DNA of 64,000 bases from an uncultured Clostridia bacterium. GTDB taxonomy: Bacteria > Bacillota > Clostridia > TANB77 > CAG-508. Shown piece by piece: positions 40,640 through 50,999 of the stretch; position 1 is the stretch's first letter, and each line of letters starts with the position of its first letter. Made by a program: the position numbers and the translations under genes. The stretch spans positions 4,013 to 68,012 of the forward strand of contig CANQHC010000003.1 in NCBI GenBank assembly GCA_947623595.1, given 5' to 3'. The notes under the pieces were generated by a model. It had not been told where the DNA came from. It saw nothing but the letters and a program-made list of their open reading frames with translations, and did not search any database.

Positions 40640-41773
40640 CTATAAAGCTTCATCCATTACTTTAGCTAAATATTTCATACTAGCTAGTGCTTGATCTAAA
40701 GTATTTCCTGTAGCTCCAACTTCTATAATTACTGCTGCTTTCGCTACCTGTTGATTATAACTTGCATAACGTAATATAATTGGTTTAAATAGCCCTGGAT
40801 ACATTTCATTTGCCTTTTCCTGTATTTTTACTGCAAATTTCAGATTTTGACTCCAATTCTCATGTTTAGTTTTACTACCATTTCCTCCAATAACAAACAT
40901 TAATTGGGCTGCATATTCATCCCCTATTTTTACAGTTGGAGCATAAGTATTATCCCCTATAGCATCTCTATGCAAATCAATTACAATATCAGTATTTTTA
41001 TTATCCTTTAATATTTTAGTTACAGTTTTCAATGAATTACTATATGAACCTGTATATGATGGATAATCATGTAAAGTTTCATTATGTATTACTTCATATT
41101 TATAACTTTTTAATTGTTTTTCAAGTTCTCTTCCAACTCTAATAACTGAGTAATTTTTATCAGTTGTTCTAAAATTTCCTGTCGCCTTATATTTATATTT
41201 TTCACTTGAAGTATAACTCTCACTAGAATGAGTATGAAAAATTACTATTTTATCACTATTAACTTTTATATTTGGTGTTAATATCTCTTTTGTTAGTTTA
41301 TAATTAGTTTCATTTTTTATTTTTACTCCATTATATTGTGTTGTATATTTATTAGGAACTTTTGAACTTTGAACTTCTGTTTTTACACCTGTCTTTGCCT
41401 TTTCTATAACTTCATTTTTCTCTTTACTTTCAGCTATGTTTTCAGTTACATTCTCTACAATATTTTCATTTTTTGTTTCTTGCTTAATAACAGAAGATAA
41501 CATTTCTAATTCTAATCCTAAAGCTAATTTTAATGGTTCAATCGAAATGTTATCTTCTTTTTTTTCTTCTTCATTATTCATACTTTGTATTCCCGGTATT
41601 GTAGTATCTAAACAAGCAATTAGTGAATTTTCCTTCAAAACTTTTGATTGTTCTATATTTTTTTTCACTCCTACTGAATATTTCATAATAGCTATAATTG
41701 CACAAATACCTATAAAAAACTTAATTAAATACTTAATAATGTCTTTTAGGCTAATAACTGCCATATTAATCAT
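40640..41773 (-). CDS. spoIIP: Stage II sporulation protein P
   Basis: IFHTHSSESY, IDLHRD, YNQQ, IEVGATGN. Confidence 0.92.
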   Translation of the reverse strand: MINMAVISLKDIIKYLIKFFIGICAIIAIMKYSVGVKKNIEQSKVLKENSLIACLDTTIPGIQSMNNEEEKKEDNISIEPLKLALGLELEMLSSVIKQETKNENIVENVTENIAESKEKNEVIEKAKTGVKTEVQSSKVPNKYTTQYNGVKIKNETNYKLTKEILTPNIKVNSDKIVIFHTHSSESYTSSEKYKYKATGNFRTTDKNYSVIRVGRELEKQLKSYKYEVIHNETLHDYPSYTGSYSNSLKTVTKILKDNKNTDIVIDLHRDAIGDNTYAPTVKIGDEYAAQLMFVIGGNGSKTKHENWSQNLKFAVKIQEKANEMYPGLFKPIILRYASYNQQVAKAAVIIEVGATGNTLDQALASMKYLAKVMDEAL

Positions 41774-41849
41774 TTATAAATTTCTCCTTTGTCCTATATT
41801 AATATAATATATATGCTTTTAAAAAGAAATTTATGTTACTGACATATTT

Positions 41850-43160
41850 TTATTTAATTATTTTTACAATTTCATCTGCATCAAAAGAAACTTGCGTTTC
41901 TTCACCAGTTTCCATATTTTTAACTTTTACTTTATTAGAAGCTATTTCATCTTCACCTAAAACTATTACATATGGAATTTTTAATTTATCTGCATACTTA
42001 AATTTAGTTTTTAACTTTTTATCACTTAAATATACTTCTGTATTAATATTTCTTTTTCTTAATTCACTTGCTATTTCAATTGGTTTTGTCATATCTTCTA
42101 ACATTGGTATGATTAAAATATCTGCCATAGAATATTTATCAGCTTTGATTAAAGACATTTCATTCAATTTATAAAATAATCTTGTCAAACCTATTGAAAT
42201 TCCTACTCCTGGTAATTTTTTATCAGTGTAATATTCTGCTAAGTTCTCATATCTTCCTCCTGAACATACACTTCCTATTTCACGATAATCATTTAAAAAT
42301 GTTTCATATACTGTACCTGTATAATAATCCAATCCTCTTGCAATTGTTAGATCTATTTTAAAGTTAGTATCTGGAACTCCAAATATTCTAATATATTTTA
42401 CGACTTGTGTTAATTCTTCTACCCCTGATTGAAATACTTCATTTGAAATATTTAGTTCTTTTAATTTTAAAATTTTCTCATCATTGTTTCCATCAATTGC
42501 AATAAAATTCATTATTTGTTCTATACCATCTTTTGTTACATTCAATTGTTGTAATTCTTCTATTACCGCTTCTTTTCCTATTTTGTCAATCTTATCAATA
42601 GCTCTTAAAATATCAGTTGAATTTTCTTTTTGGTTTATACTTTCAAATAAGCCATTTAATATCTTTCTGTTATTAATACAAATTGTAAAATCTTCAAATC
42701 CAATTTCTTTGATCAAATTATAAATAACACTTGGAATTTCCGCATCATTAATAATTCCTAATTCTCCATCTCCTATGATATCAATATCGCATTGATAGAA
42801 CTCACGAAATCTTCCTTTTTGAGCTTTTTCTCCTCTATATACTTTTCCAATTTGATATCTTCTAAATGGAAAACTTAAATTTCCATAATTTTTTGCAACA
42901 TATTTTGCTAATGGAACTGTTAGGTCAAATCTCATTGAAATATCTGTATCACCTTTTTGAAAACGATATATCTGTTTTTCGGTTTCTCCTCCAGCTTTTG
43001 CTAATAAAATTTCAGATAATTCTAATATTGGTGTATCCAATGGTAAAAATCCAAATTTTTGATATGTTTTTTCTATTTTCTCCTTCATTTGTTCAAATAA
43101 AATTTGTTCATTTGGTAATAATTCCATAAATCCTGGTAATGTTCTTGGTTCTGTTATCAT
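41850..43160 (-). CDS. hisS: Histidine--tRNA ligase
   Basis: MRFDLTVP, GRFREFYQCD, ARGLDYYTG, SGGRY. Confidence 0.98.
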   Translation of the reverse strand: MITEPRTLPGFMELLPNEQILFEQMKEKIEKTYQKFGFLPLDTPILELSEILLAKAGGETEKQIYRFQKGDTDISMRFDLTVPLAKYVAKNYGNLSFPFRRYQIGKVYRGEKAQKGRFREFYQCDIDIIGDGELGIINDAEIPSVIYNLIKEIGFEDFTICINNRKILNGLFESINQKENSTDILRAIDKIDKIGKEAVIEELQQLNVTKDGIEQIMNFIAIDGNNDEKILKLKELNISNEVFQSGVEELTQVVKYIRIFGVPDTNFKIDLTIARGLDYYTGTVYETFLNDYREIGSVCSGGRYENLAEYYTDKKLPGVGISIGLTRLFYKLNEMSLIKADKYSMADILIIPMLEDMTKPIEIASELRKRNINTEVYLSDKKLKTKFKYADKLKIPYVIVLGEDEIASNKVKVKNMETGEETQVSFDADEIVKIIK

Positions 43161-43206
43161 ATTTTTCTCCTCCCGCTTAAGTTATTATACTTAAGTCTTA
43201 TATTTT

Positions 43207-43857
43207 TTAATCTTCTCTTGGTTTTAATTCACAATATATTGGTATTTCTTCTCCTATCATAGTAGATTTACCATGACCTGGATAAACAATAGTATCTTCT
43301 GGTAAAATTAATAATTTATTTGTAATAGATTGTATAATATCAGTAAAATTGCTAGTTGGAAGATCAGTTCTTCCCCATGTTCCATGAAATAAAGTATCTC
43401 CAGAAAAAAGTAGTTTTTCTTTTTCACAATATAAACAACTTCCTCCTGCAGTATGTCCTGGTGTATGTATTACTTTAAATTCTAAATTTCCTAAATGAAT
43501 TGTATCTCCGTCATCTAATCTAGAATCTGCTTCTAGGTTTATATCATCTATTCCTATATAGTCTGTTAAGCTAATACCTTTATCATATAATCCTTCTGCA
43601 TCAAAACGATGTATTAAAATTTTACCTCCTTTTTGTTCTTTCAAACTTTTAAGTGCACCTATATGGTCTCCATGGCAATGTGTTAAATAAATATATTTTA
43701 ATTTTGCCTCCAAAATATTTAACATTTCTATTATTCTTTCAACTTCTCCACCTGGGTCAATTACCATTGTTTCTTTTGTATTCTCTTCTTGTATAATATA
43801 ACAATTCGTTTTTTCCGTAATTACTCCACTATTTACCTTTAGTACCTTAAGTATCAT
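43207..43857 (-). CDS. MBL-fold metallo-hydrolase
   Basis: THCHGDHIG, TPGHT, SGDTLF, PGHG. Confidence 0.93.
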   Translation of the reverse strand: MILKVLKVNSGVITEKTNCYIIQEENTKETMVIDPGGEVERIIEMLNILEAKLKYIYLTHCHGDHIGALKSLKEQKGGKILIHRFDAEGLYDKGISLTDYIGIDDINLEADSRLDDGDTIHLGNLEFKVIHTPGHTAGGSCLYCEKEKLLFSGDTLFHGTWGRTDLPTSNFTDIIQSITNKLLILPEDTIVYPGHGKSTMIGEEIPIYCELKPRED

Positions 43858-43887
43858 GACATTACCTTCCTTCTCTATAAGTAAATT

Positions 43888-46089
43888 CTATTTTCTTCTT
43901 TTTACTTCATAAACACTATCAATCTTTCTAAGTTGTTTTAATATTTTGTTAAGTTCTTCTATATTTTCTACTTCTACAGTAACTTCTGTAATTGCTATTT
44001 TTTCTCTATTATTTGCTCTTGACGTAACTGCTTGTAATTTACTTTTTGTATTTTCTATTTCTCTAATTATGTCTGCTAGTAATCCATTTCTCTCATTTCC
44101 ATAAATTTCAATATCTACACTATATTTAGTTTTTTCTGCTTCAAACCAATATACATCAATCATGCGGTTTTCTTCTGAAAATAAACTTTTTACATTCACA
44201 CAATCCTTACGATGTACTGATACTCCTCTTCCTTTTGTAATATATCCAACTATTTCATCTCCAGGTAATGGATTACAACATCTTGATAGTTTTACTAAAC
44301 AATTATCTATTCCTTTAACTATAATTCCATTTTTTGAAGGTTTACTTTGAACTGCTTTTTCCTTAGAAAGCTCTTCTAATTTTTCTTCTAAGTTTTCAGC
44401 TTGATGTTCTTTACGATATTCCTCCAACATTCTTGCAACAATTTTTCCTGGTGAAATAGCTCCAAAACCAACACTAGCATACATATCTTCTACAAGGTTA
44501 TATTTATATCTATCTAATGCTGCTTGAATATATTCTGTTTTAGAAAGTTCTGCATGGGTCATTCCTATTTTCTTTATTTCTTTTTCTATTAATTCCTTAC
44601 CTTTTACAATATTTTCTTCTCTTTCATTTTTCTTAAACCATGCTAATATTTTGTTTTTGGCTGTAGAACTCTTTACAAATTTTAGCCAATCTCTACTTGG
44701 ACCTCTTGATTGATCTGATGTAATTATTTCTACAATATCACCATTTTTTAATTGTGTAATAATAGGCATCATTTTACTGTTAATCTTTGCTCCTGTCATG
44801 TGATTTCCTATTTCAGCATGAATATTGTATGCAAAATCTATTGGTGTGCTACCCTTGGCCAAAGAAATAATTTTTCCCTTAGGAGTAAACACATAAACCT
44901 CATCTTCAAATAATTCAGTTTTTAATGTATTTAAGAATTCATCTGGATCCTGCATATCTTTCTGCCACTCTAAAGTTTCACGAAGCCAAGAAAGTTTATC
45001 TTCCTCAACTTTTACATTTGCTTTTTTGTTTCCCATAAAGCTTGCTTCTTTATATGCCCAATGAGCAGCAATACCATATTCAGCAATACGATGCATATCC
45101 CATGTACGAATTTGTACTTCAAAAGGTGTTCCTTTTGGTCCTATTAATGTAGTATGTAAAGATTGATACATATTAGGCTTTGGTACTGATATGTAATCTT
45201 TAAACCTACCAGGCATTGGATTATATAATTCATGTACAACTCCTAAAACTGCATAGCAATCTTTTACAGAATTTACAATAACTCTTAATGCAAACAAATC
45301 ATATACTTGGTCTAAAGTAATATTATCCCTTTTCATTTTACGATATATACTATATAAATGTTTTGCTCTACCTGTAATTTCAGCTTCTATATGTTGTTTT
45401 TTTACTGCTTTTCTGATTTCTTCCATAATCATATCTATGAATTTTAAACGTTCTTCTCTTTTACGGTTAATTCCTTCTACAAGTTCTCTATAATCTTCTG
45501 GGTATAAATACTTAAATGCTAAATCTTCTAACTCCCATTTTAGAGAATACATACCTAAACGATTTGCTAGTGGTGCATATAAATCCATTGTTTCATTTGC
45601 GTTTGCTATTTGTCTTTCCCTTGTAAGATATTTTAGAGTTCTCATATTATGAAGTCTATCGGCTAGTTTAATCAAAATAACTCTAATATCTTTTCCCATT
45701 GCAAGAAACATTTTTCTATAATTCTCAACTTGTTGTTCTTCCATACTTGCATATTGCAATTTACTAAGTTTTGTTACTCCATCAACTAGCTCTGCTATTT
45801 CTTTACCAAATATTTGTGACAAATCTTGCTTTGTTGAATCTGTGTCCTCTATTGTGTCATGCAATAAAGCAGCACATATAGTACTATCATCCATTCCTAA
45901 TGTTGATAGAATATATGCAACTTGTACTGGATGAACAATGTATGGCTCACCAGATTTTCTTAATTGATCTCCATGATGTTGTTTTGCATATTCATAAGCT
46001 TTCCTAATTAATTTACTATCTGATTTTCTATTATTTTTTTTAGTCATTGATATTACTTCTTCTATTGTCATTTCTTTTGTTTCTGACAT
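43888..46089 (-). CDS. relA: Bifunctional (p)ppGpp synthetase/hydrolase
   Basis: RKSGEPY, LLHDTIED, YQSLHT, EVQIRT, TGS and ACT domains. Confidence 0.98.
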   Translation of the reverse strand: MSETKEMTIEEVISMTKKNNRKSDSKLIRKAYEYAKQHHGDQLRKSGEPYIVHPVQVAYILSTLGMDDSTICAALLHDTIEDTDSTKQDLSQIFGKEIAELVDGVTKLSKLQYASMEEQQVENYRKMFLAMGKDIRVILIKLADRLHNMRTLKYLTRERQIANANETMDLYAPLANRLGMYSLKWELEDLAFKYLYPEDYRELVEGINRKREERLKFIDMIMEEIRKAVKKQHIEAEITGRAKHLYSIYRKMKRDNITLDQVYDLFALRVIVNSVKDCYAVLGVVHELYNPMPGRFKDYISVPKPNMYQSLHTTLIGPKGTPFEVQIRTWDMHRIAEYGIAAHWAYKEASFMGNKKANVKVEEDKLSWLRETLEWQKDMQDPDEFLNTLKTELFEDEVYVFTPKGKIISLAKGSTPIDFAYNIHAEIGNHMTGAKINSKMMPIITQLKNGDIVEIITSDQSRGPSRDWLKFVKSSTAKNKILAWFKKNEREENIVKGKELIEKEIKKIGMTHAELSKTEYIQAALDRYKYNLVEDMYASVGFGAISPGKIVARMLEEYRKEHQAENLEEKLEELSKEKAVQSKPSKNGIIVKGIDNCLVKLSRCCNPLPGDEIVGYITKGRGVSVHRKDCVNVKSLFSEENRMIDVYWFEAEKTKYSVDIEIYGNERNGLLADIIREIENTKSKLQAVTSRANNREKIAITEVTVEVENIEELNKILKQLRKIDSVYEVKRRK

Positions 46090-46145
46090 ATTACCACCTC
46101 TTTTACTTCTCGTTTATAAATTTTAATATGCCCATAAATTTTAAG

Positions 46146-47837
46146 TTAATCTATTAGTGATTTTCTCATATCTTTTAAATTTATTTGAATTTGATCATTA
46201 CCATTAAAACTATTTACCTCTAAAGAACCGACTAAATCTACTTTATCTCCAATCATATAATTTTGCACCTGATCCCCCATATTAAACCCAATAGCATCTA
46301 ATACAAAGTTATCCTGTACTAGTTTTAGTTTAAGGTGCTTTCCTTCTGATAAAGATCTAATAGCTTGAATTTTTAAATTGCATAATAGAAATAAAGGAAC
46401 TTTATTGGCTTCTCCATATGGCTGTAATAAATTTAGCTCTTTCACAATTTGTAAATTAATTTGTTTTAGCTCAATTCCTTTGTCTATTTTTATAATTGGT
46501 ATTATATCATCAATATGACTTTTTTGAGCATAATTTTCAAATTGTTGCTTGAATTTTTCAAAATTTTCTTTTTTTACATTGATACCAATTGCCATGCTAT
46601 GCCCACCAAATTTCTCGATATATGTACTACAATTGGTTAAGGCTTCATGTAAGTCAAACCCTGGAATACTTCTTCCAGATCCTTTTCCTTTTTCTCCTTC
46701 AAAACAAATGAGAATACTTGGTTTAAAATAAATATCAGTTACTTTTGATGCTACTATTCCAATTACACCATGGTGCCAGCCTTCACTTCCTAATATAATA
46801 CAAGACTTGTCTTTTTCATTTTCTTCTATTTTTAATACAGCTTCATTAAAAATTGCTTTTTCTATAGTTTGCCTTTCCATATTATATTGATTTAGCTTTG
46901 TTGTAATTTCTCTTGCTTCTTGTAAATTTTTTGTTAAAAACAAATTAAGTGCTTCTTTCTCAGCTCCCATTCTCCCACATGCGTTAATTCTAGGTGCTAC
47001 TCCATAAGAAATTGCAGTTGAATCTATTTGTCGATACCCAATAGAATTTAATAATGTTTTCAAACCTATATTCTTTGTTACTTGAATTAGTTTTAATCCC
47101 AATTTCGCAATTACTCTATTTTCATCTACTAATGGTACAATATCTGATATAGTACCTACACATACTATATCCAAATATTTTAAAAACTCCTTTTCATCTA
47201 ATTTTAGTTCTATTGAAATGGCTTGTATTAGTTTAAATACTACACCCACTCCAGCTAATTGGTTAAAAGGATACTTGTTATCTTTTCTTTTAGCATCTAT
47301 CACAGCTAAACATTTTGGAATTTGTTCTCCTGGCTCATGATGATCTGTTACAATAACTTCCATTCCTAAACTGATTGCATATTCAATTTCATCCACTCCT
47401 GAAATTCCGCAATCGACAGTAATCATTAACGAATAACCTTGATTTTTTATATTTTCTATTGCTTGCTTGTTTAAACCATAACCTTCTTCTAATCGATTTG
47501 GTATATAAAAACCTACTTCTAAACCTCTTTCAGATAGAAATTGTTTTAAAACCGTTATGCTAGTAATTCCATCTGCATCATAATCTCCATAAATAATTAC
47601 TTTTTCTTGATTATTTATTGCTGTTAAAATTCTATCCACTGCTAGCTTCATATCTGGCATAAAAAAAGGATCATGAAAGTCGTTTCTGGTAGGTTCTAAA
47701 AATGCTTGTATATCTTGCATATCTGTAATACCTCTATTTGCTAAAACACTAGCTAATAAAGGACTTAAATTATTCTCTTTCGTAATTTTTTCAATTAGTT
47801 GCTCTTTTTCTTCATATACTTCCCATTTTTTATTCAT
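46146..47837 (-). CDS. recJ: Single-stranded-DNA exonuclease
   Basis: GDYDADG, TVDCG, TDHH, PRINA, GSGRS, GGH. Confidence 0.97.
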   Translation of the reverse strand: MNKKWEVYEEKEQLIEKITKENNLSPLLASVLANRGITDMQDIQAFLEPTRNDFHDPFFMPDMKLAVDRILTAINNQEKVIIYGDYDADGITSITVLKQFLSERGLEVGFYIPNRLEEGYGLNKQAIENIKNQGYSLMITVDCGISGVDEIEYAISLGMEVIVTDHHEPGEQIPKCLAVIDAKRKDNKYPFNQLAGVGVVFKLIQAISIELKLDEKEFLKYLDIVCVGTISDIVPLVDENRVIAKLGLKLIQVTKNIGLKTLLNSIGYRQIDSTAISYGVAPRINACGRMGAEKEALNLFLTKNLQEAREITTKLNQYNMERQTIEKAIFNEAVLKIEENEKDKSCIILGSEGWHHGVIGIVASKVTDIYFKPSILICFEGEKGKGSGRSIPGFDLHEALTNCSTYIEKFGGHSMAIGINVKKENFEKFKQQFENYAQKSHIDDIIPIIKIDKGIELKQINLQIVKELNLLQPYGEANKVPLFLLCNLKIQAIRSLSEGKHLKLKLVQDNFVLDAIGFNMGDQVQNYMIGDKVDLVGSLEVNSFNGNDQIQINLKDMRKSLID

Positions 47838-47947
47838 TTATTTCTCCCTGTTTTCTTTACAATTTACCATATTGTACTATAAATTATCGATTTTTTAAAG
47901 AGCTTTGCACCTAAAATTTTAATTATCTATATGTATTTATACAAATA

Positions 47948-47968
47948 GAGTGCCTGTTTAAGGCACTC
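47948..47968 (-). terminator. Terminator after ylbF-like gene
   Basis: gagtgcct...aggcactc. Confidence 0.6.
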
Positions 47969-47991
47969 CCACTTTATTGCATTTTTAATAA

Positions 47992-48324
47992 TTATAGCAC
48001 GTCTTTTATTGATTCTGCTATAATTTTATTTATATCTGCTATCATAATATTAAATTTGACTTCCAAATCAAAATATTGTTTAATATCTTTGTTTTCTACT
48101 AAAGTTGCATACATTTCTTCTAATTTTTTATTTTTTTGCTCATCTTTTTCTTGTCCACTATATTCCATAACTTGTATATCATATCTTAATTTTTCAAAAT
48201 CTTCCACTTTTTGCTTTTTTTCTGGATTTTGATAAATTTCATCTTTTAATTTCTTATATGCTTTGTATTCCTCAGAATTTCTTATCTCTTGTGCTAAGCG
48301 ATTAGCTGTATCATAAACTTGCAT
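47992..48324 (-). CDS. YlbF/YheA (Com_YlbF) family regulator
   Basis: VYDTANRLAQEIRNSEEY, DINKII. Confidence 0.88.
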   Translation of the reverse strand: MQVYDTANRLAQEIRNSEEYKAYKKLKDEIYQNPEKKQKVEDFEKLRYDIQVMEYSGQEKDEQKNKKLEEMYATLVENKDIKQYFDLEVKFNIMIADINKIIAESIKDVL

Positions 48325-48354
48325 ATAGTTACCTCTTTCTGTTTAATTATATTT

Positions 48355-49647
48355 TTAAGCATAAGCATGCTTTTTCTTAAAGCTAAGTAAGTTTGTAATT
48401 TCTGTTTCTGTATTTTTTGCTTTATTTGCTTTTTGTGCATTTTCTTGTGCAATTTGTTCTTTTTGTTTTTCAGCAACAGTTTTACAAATTGCCTTTTCAT
48501 AAATATAATGTGTATCTTGAGCAATTTTTGTCCAATTAAATTCTTCTTTAACTTTTTGTTTTGCCTTTTTAGAAATATTTGCAGCAAGTTGTTTGTCATA
48601 TAATATATTTAAAATAGAATCTGCTATAGAGTTTGGATTACCAGCATAACTTTTCATTCCATCTACACCATGATCTACAATTTCATTTAAGCCTCCAACA
48701 TCTGAAACTACAGTTGGAACTCCTGCAAGCATTGCTTCTAATGCCACAATTCCAAATGGTTCATATGTACTTGGGAATACAGCCACATCAGCACATTTAT
48801 ATATTTTTTGAACCTGCTTTGAATTTAGGTAACCTGTAAAGTATACTTTATTTGAAAGCCCCATTGCATCAGCTTGTGCTCTTAAATCATCTAACATACC
48901 GCCTTTTCCAGCGATTACTAATTTTACATCATGATAAGAATTTAGAATTTTTGGTAATGCAGAAATTAGATGTTGAATTCCCTTTTCATAAACTAGTCTT
49001 CCCACATATAATATGATTTTTTCATTGTCCATTGCATATTGTCTTCTAAAATCATAATCCCTTTCTACTCCATTAAAATTAGTTAAATTTATTCCATTAG
49101 ATACAACATTTATTTTATCAAAAGGAAGCCCAAAAAGACCTTGTACATGTCCTTTCATAAAATTGCTATTAACAATAACTTCTGTTGCTTCATATGTTAA
49201 TAGCCATTCTGTATCATTAATATATCTTTGGGTATCATCATGAATACCTGAATTTCTTCCAGCTTCTGTTGCATGTATTGTAGCAACCATTGGAATTTGA
49301 AATGATTGTTTTAAAGTTTTTGCTGCATATGCTACTAACCAATCATGTGCATGAATAACATCAAATTTACCTTTTTCATTCATGATTTGAGTTGCTTTTG
49401 ATACCATATTAAAGTTTAGCTGTAGTATCCAATCTATAAAATTATTAGGATGTATCATATAATTTTCAACACGATATACTTCTACACCTTTATCATTTTC
49501 ATATTCAGGTAAATCTCCTTCTTTATATGTTACTACCGTTACTTCATGCCCATCTTTAATTAACCTTTTTGATAAATCGTGAACAACTCTTGCAATACCT
49601 CCTACTATTCTTGGTGGATATTCCCATGTTAACATTAATATTTTCAT
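48355..49647 (-). CDS. GT4 glycosyltransferase (glycogen-synthase-like)
   Basis: MKILMLTWEYPP..GGIA, HAHDW, YEPFGIVALEAM; start moved to 49647 behind AAAGGGG. Confidence 0.9.
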   Translation of the reverse strand: MKILMLTWEYPPRIVGGIARVVHDLSKRLIKDGHEVTVVTYKEGDLPEYENDKGVEVYRVENYMIHPNNFIDWILQLNFNMVSKATQIMNEKGKFDVIHAHDWLVAYAAKTLKQSFQIPMVATIHATEAGRNSGIHDDTQRYINDTEWLLTYEATEVIVNSNFMKGHVQGLFGLPFDKINVVSNGINLTNFNGVERDYDFRRQYAMDNEKIILYVGRLVYEKGIQHLISALPKILNSYHDVKLVIAGKGGMLDDLRAQADAMGLSNKVYFTGYLNSKQVQKIYKCADVAVFPSTYEPFGIVALEAMLAGVPTVVSDVGGLNEIVDHGVDGMKSYAGNPNSIADSILNILYDKQLAANISKKAKQKVKEEFNWTKIAQDTHYIYEKAICKTVAEKQKEQIAQENAQKANKAKNTETEITNLLSFKKKHAYA

Positions 49648-49868
49648 TAGCAAATTTACCCCTTTCTTTTTTTCTTTTGCAACTTTTTTAGTTTTAGCTA
49701 CCCCTATTTTATACAAACTTTTTACAAAAGTAAACAGATTTTGATAAAATTTATTAATAAAATAAAGAAGCAAAAATTTTTCCATTTTTTTTCAATTTTC
49801 TACTCTTTTTCTATTGAATTTATTTTTATTTTGATATAGTATTATTATAAGATTGTTTATACACAAAA

Positions 49869-50954
49869 GTGGAGGAAAAAATGCCAAAGAAAGCGAAAGA
49901 TAAAATAATAGAAATTCAAAAAAATATCATACCAAAAGTATCGGAAATACTTTCAAAATCAACAAAAAAGAAAACTGCTAGCACAAAAAATATTGCAAAA
50001 AATTCAACTACAAAAAATTCAACTGCCAAAAAAGAAAATACTGATAAAAAAAGCATTGCAAAAACAGCAAAAAAAGAAAATACTGATAAAAAAAACACTG
50101 CAAAAACAGCAAAAAAAGAATCAACTTCTACTAAGAAAAAAACAGCTACCAAAAAAGTAGCTGCTATTGATAAAGAAAAAAATAATACTGTCAAATCATC
50201 AAAAGCTAGTAATTCTGCAAAAAAATTATCTTCAAAATCTTCCTCTGCAAAAACATCTGGCAGAAAATCTACTACCAAAAAAGTAGCTAATAGAAGTATC
50301 AAGAAGTCTGTAGCTGAAACAACTTCTAAACCTACATCTAGTTTAAAGAAGAATACTGCAAAATCAAATTTAATTGGTGAATATTATGATTTACCAGCTC
50401 ATTACGAAAATACTATTGTAAAAATTTTAGCACAAACTCCAACTATATTATTTGTTTATTGGGATATTTCTTCTCAAGATAGAAATAAATTTATTGCACA
50501 ATATGGTGAAGATTTTTTTGAAAATACCTCTCCATATTTATTAATAAAAAATATAACTAAAAATTATCAATATGAAGTTGATGTTAATGATTACGCAAAT
50601 AGTTGGTATTTACATATTCCAGATAGTAATTGTGAATATGAAGTTCTTTTAATGAGAAGAAGTAATAATTATCAAATTGTTCCAGAAAATAATATTTATA
50701 TTACCTCTTCTAATCAGCTAGAAACTCCTAATGACCATATTTTATTTGAAAGGCTTGGAAAAAATATTTTCTTTCAAAATGTAAAAAATGGTCATATTAT
50801 AAGTAAAGATATTTCGTCATTTGCCTTTATGCACAATATTGGAAGAATTTATAATATTTATGATTTATATAAAGAAATTTATAAAAATGAATTAAATGGA
50901 GATGAATTGGGTGTTACTCTTTCTTCTTCCCAATTCAGTTCAAACTTTAAGTAA
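49869..50954 (+). CDS. DUF4912 protein with Lys/Ser/Thr/Ala-rich N-terminus
   Basis: YDLPAHY, LAQTPTILFVYWD, NSWY; precedes GH57. Confidence 0.8.
   Translation: MEEKMPKKAKDKIIEIQKNIIPKVSEILSKSTKKKTASTKNIAKNSTTKNSTAKKENTDKKSIAKTAKKENTDKKNTAKTAKKESTSTKKKTATKKVAAIDKEKNNTVKSSKASNSAKKLSSKSSSAKTSGRKSTTKKVANRSIKKSVAETTSKPTSSLKKNTAKSNLIGEYYDLPAHYENTIVKILAQTPTILFVYWDISSQDRNKFIAQYGEDFFENTSPYLLIKNITKNYQYEVDVNDYANSWYLHIPDSNCEYEVLLMRRSNNYQIVPENNIYITSSNQLETPNDHILFERLGKNIFFQNVKNGHIISKDISSFAFMHNIGRIYNIYDLYKEIYKNELNGDELGVTLSSSQFSSNFK
50028..50120 (+). repeat. 42 bp coding tandem repeat (~2.2 copies)
   Basis: KKENTDKKSIAKTA / KKENTDKKNTAKTA / KKE. Confidence 0.85.
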
Positions 50955-50999
50955 TTAAAAATTTAAAATAACAAAAGGATTATTTAGAAGGAGGAAATT

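Noticed and set aside
48294-48599. 101 aa overlapping ORF as a frameshift fusion of GT4 and YlbF
   Set aside because: Both genes have complete ends, ylbF has its own GAGG RBS, and no CGG is involved
49648-49785. N-terminal extension of the GT4 ORF to 49785
   Set aside because: Family sequence starts at MKILML (49647) with its own SD; the extension crosses the divergent promoter region
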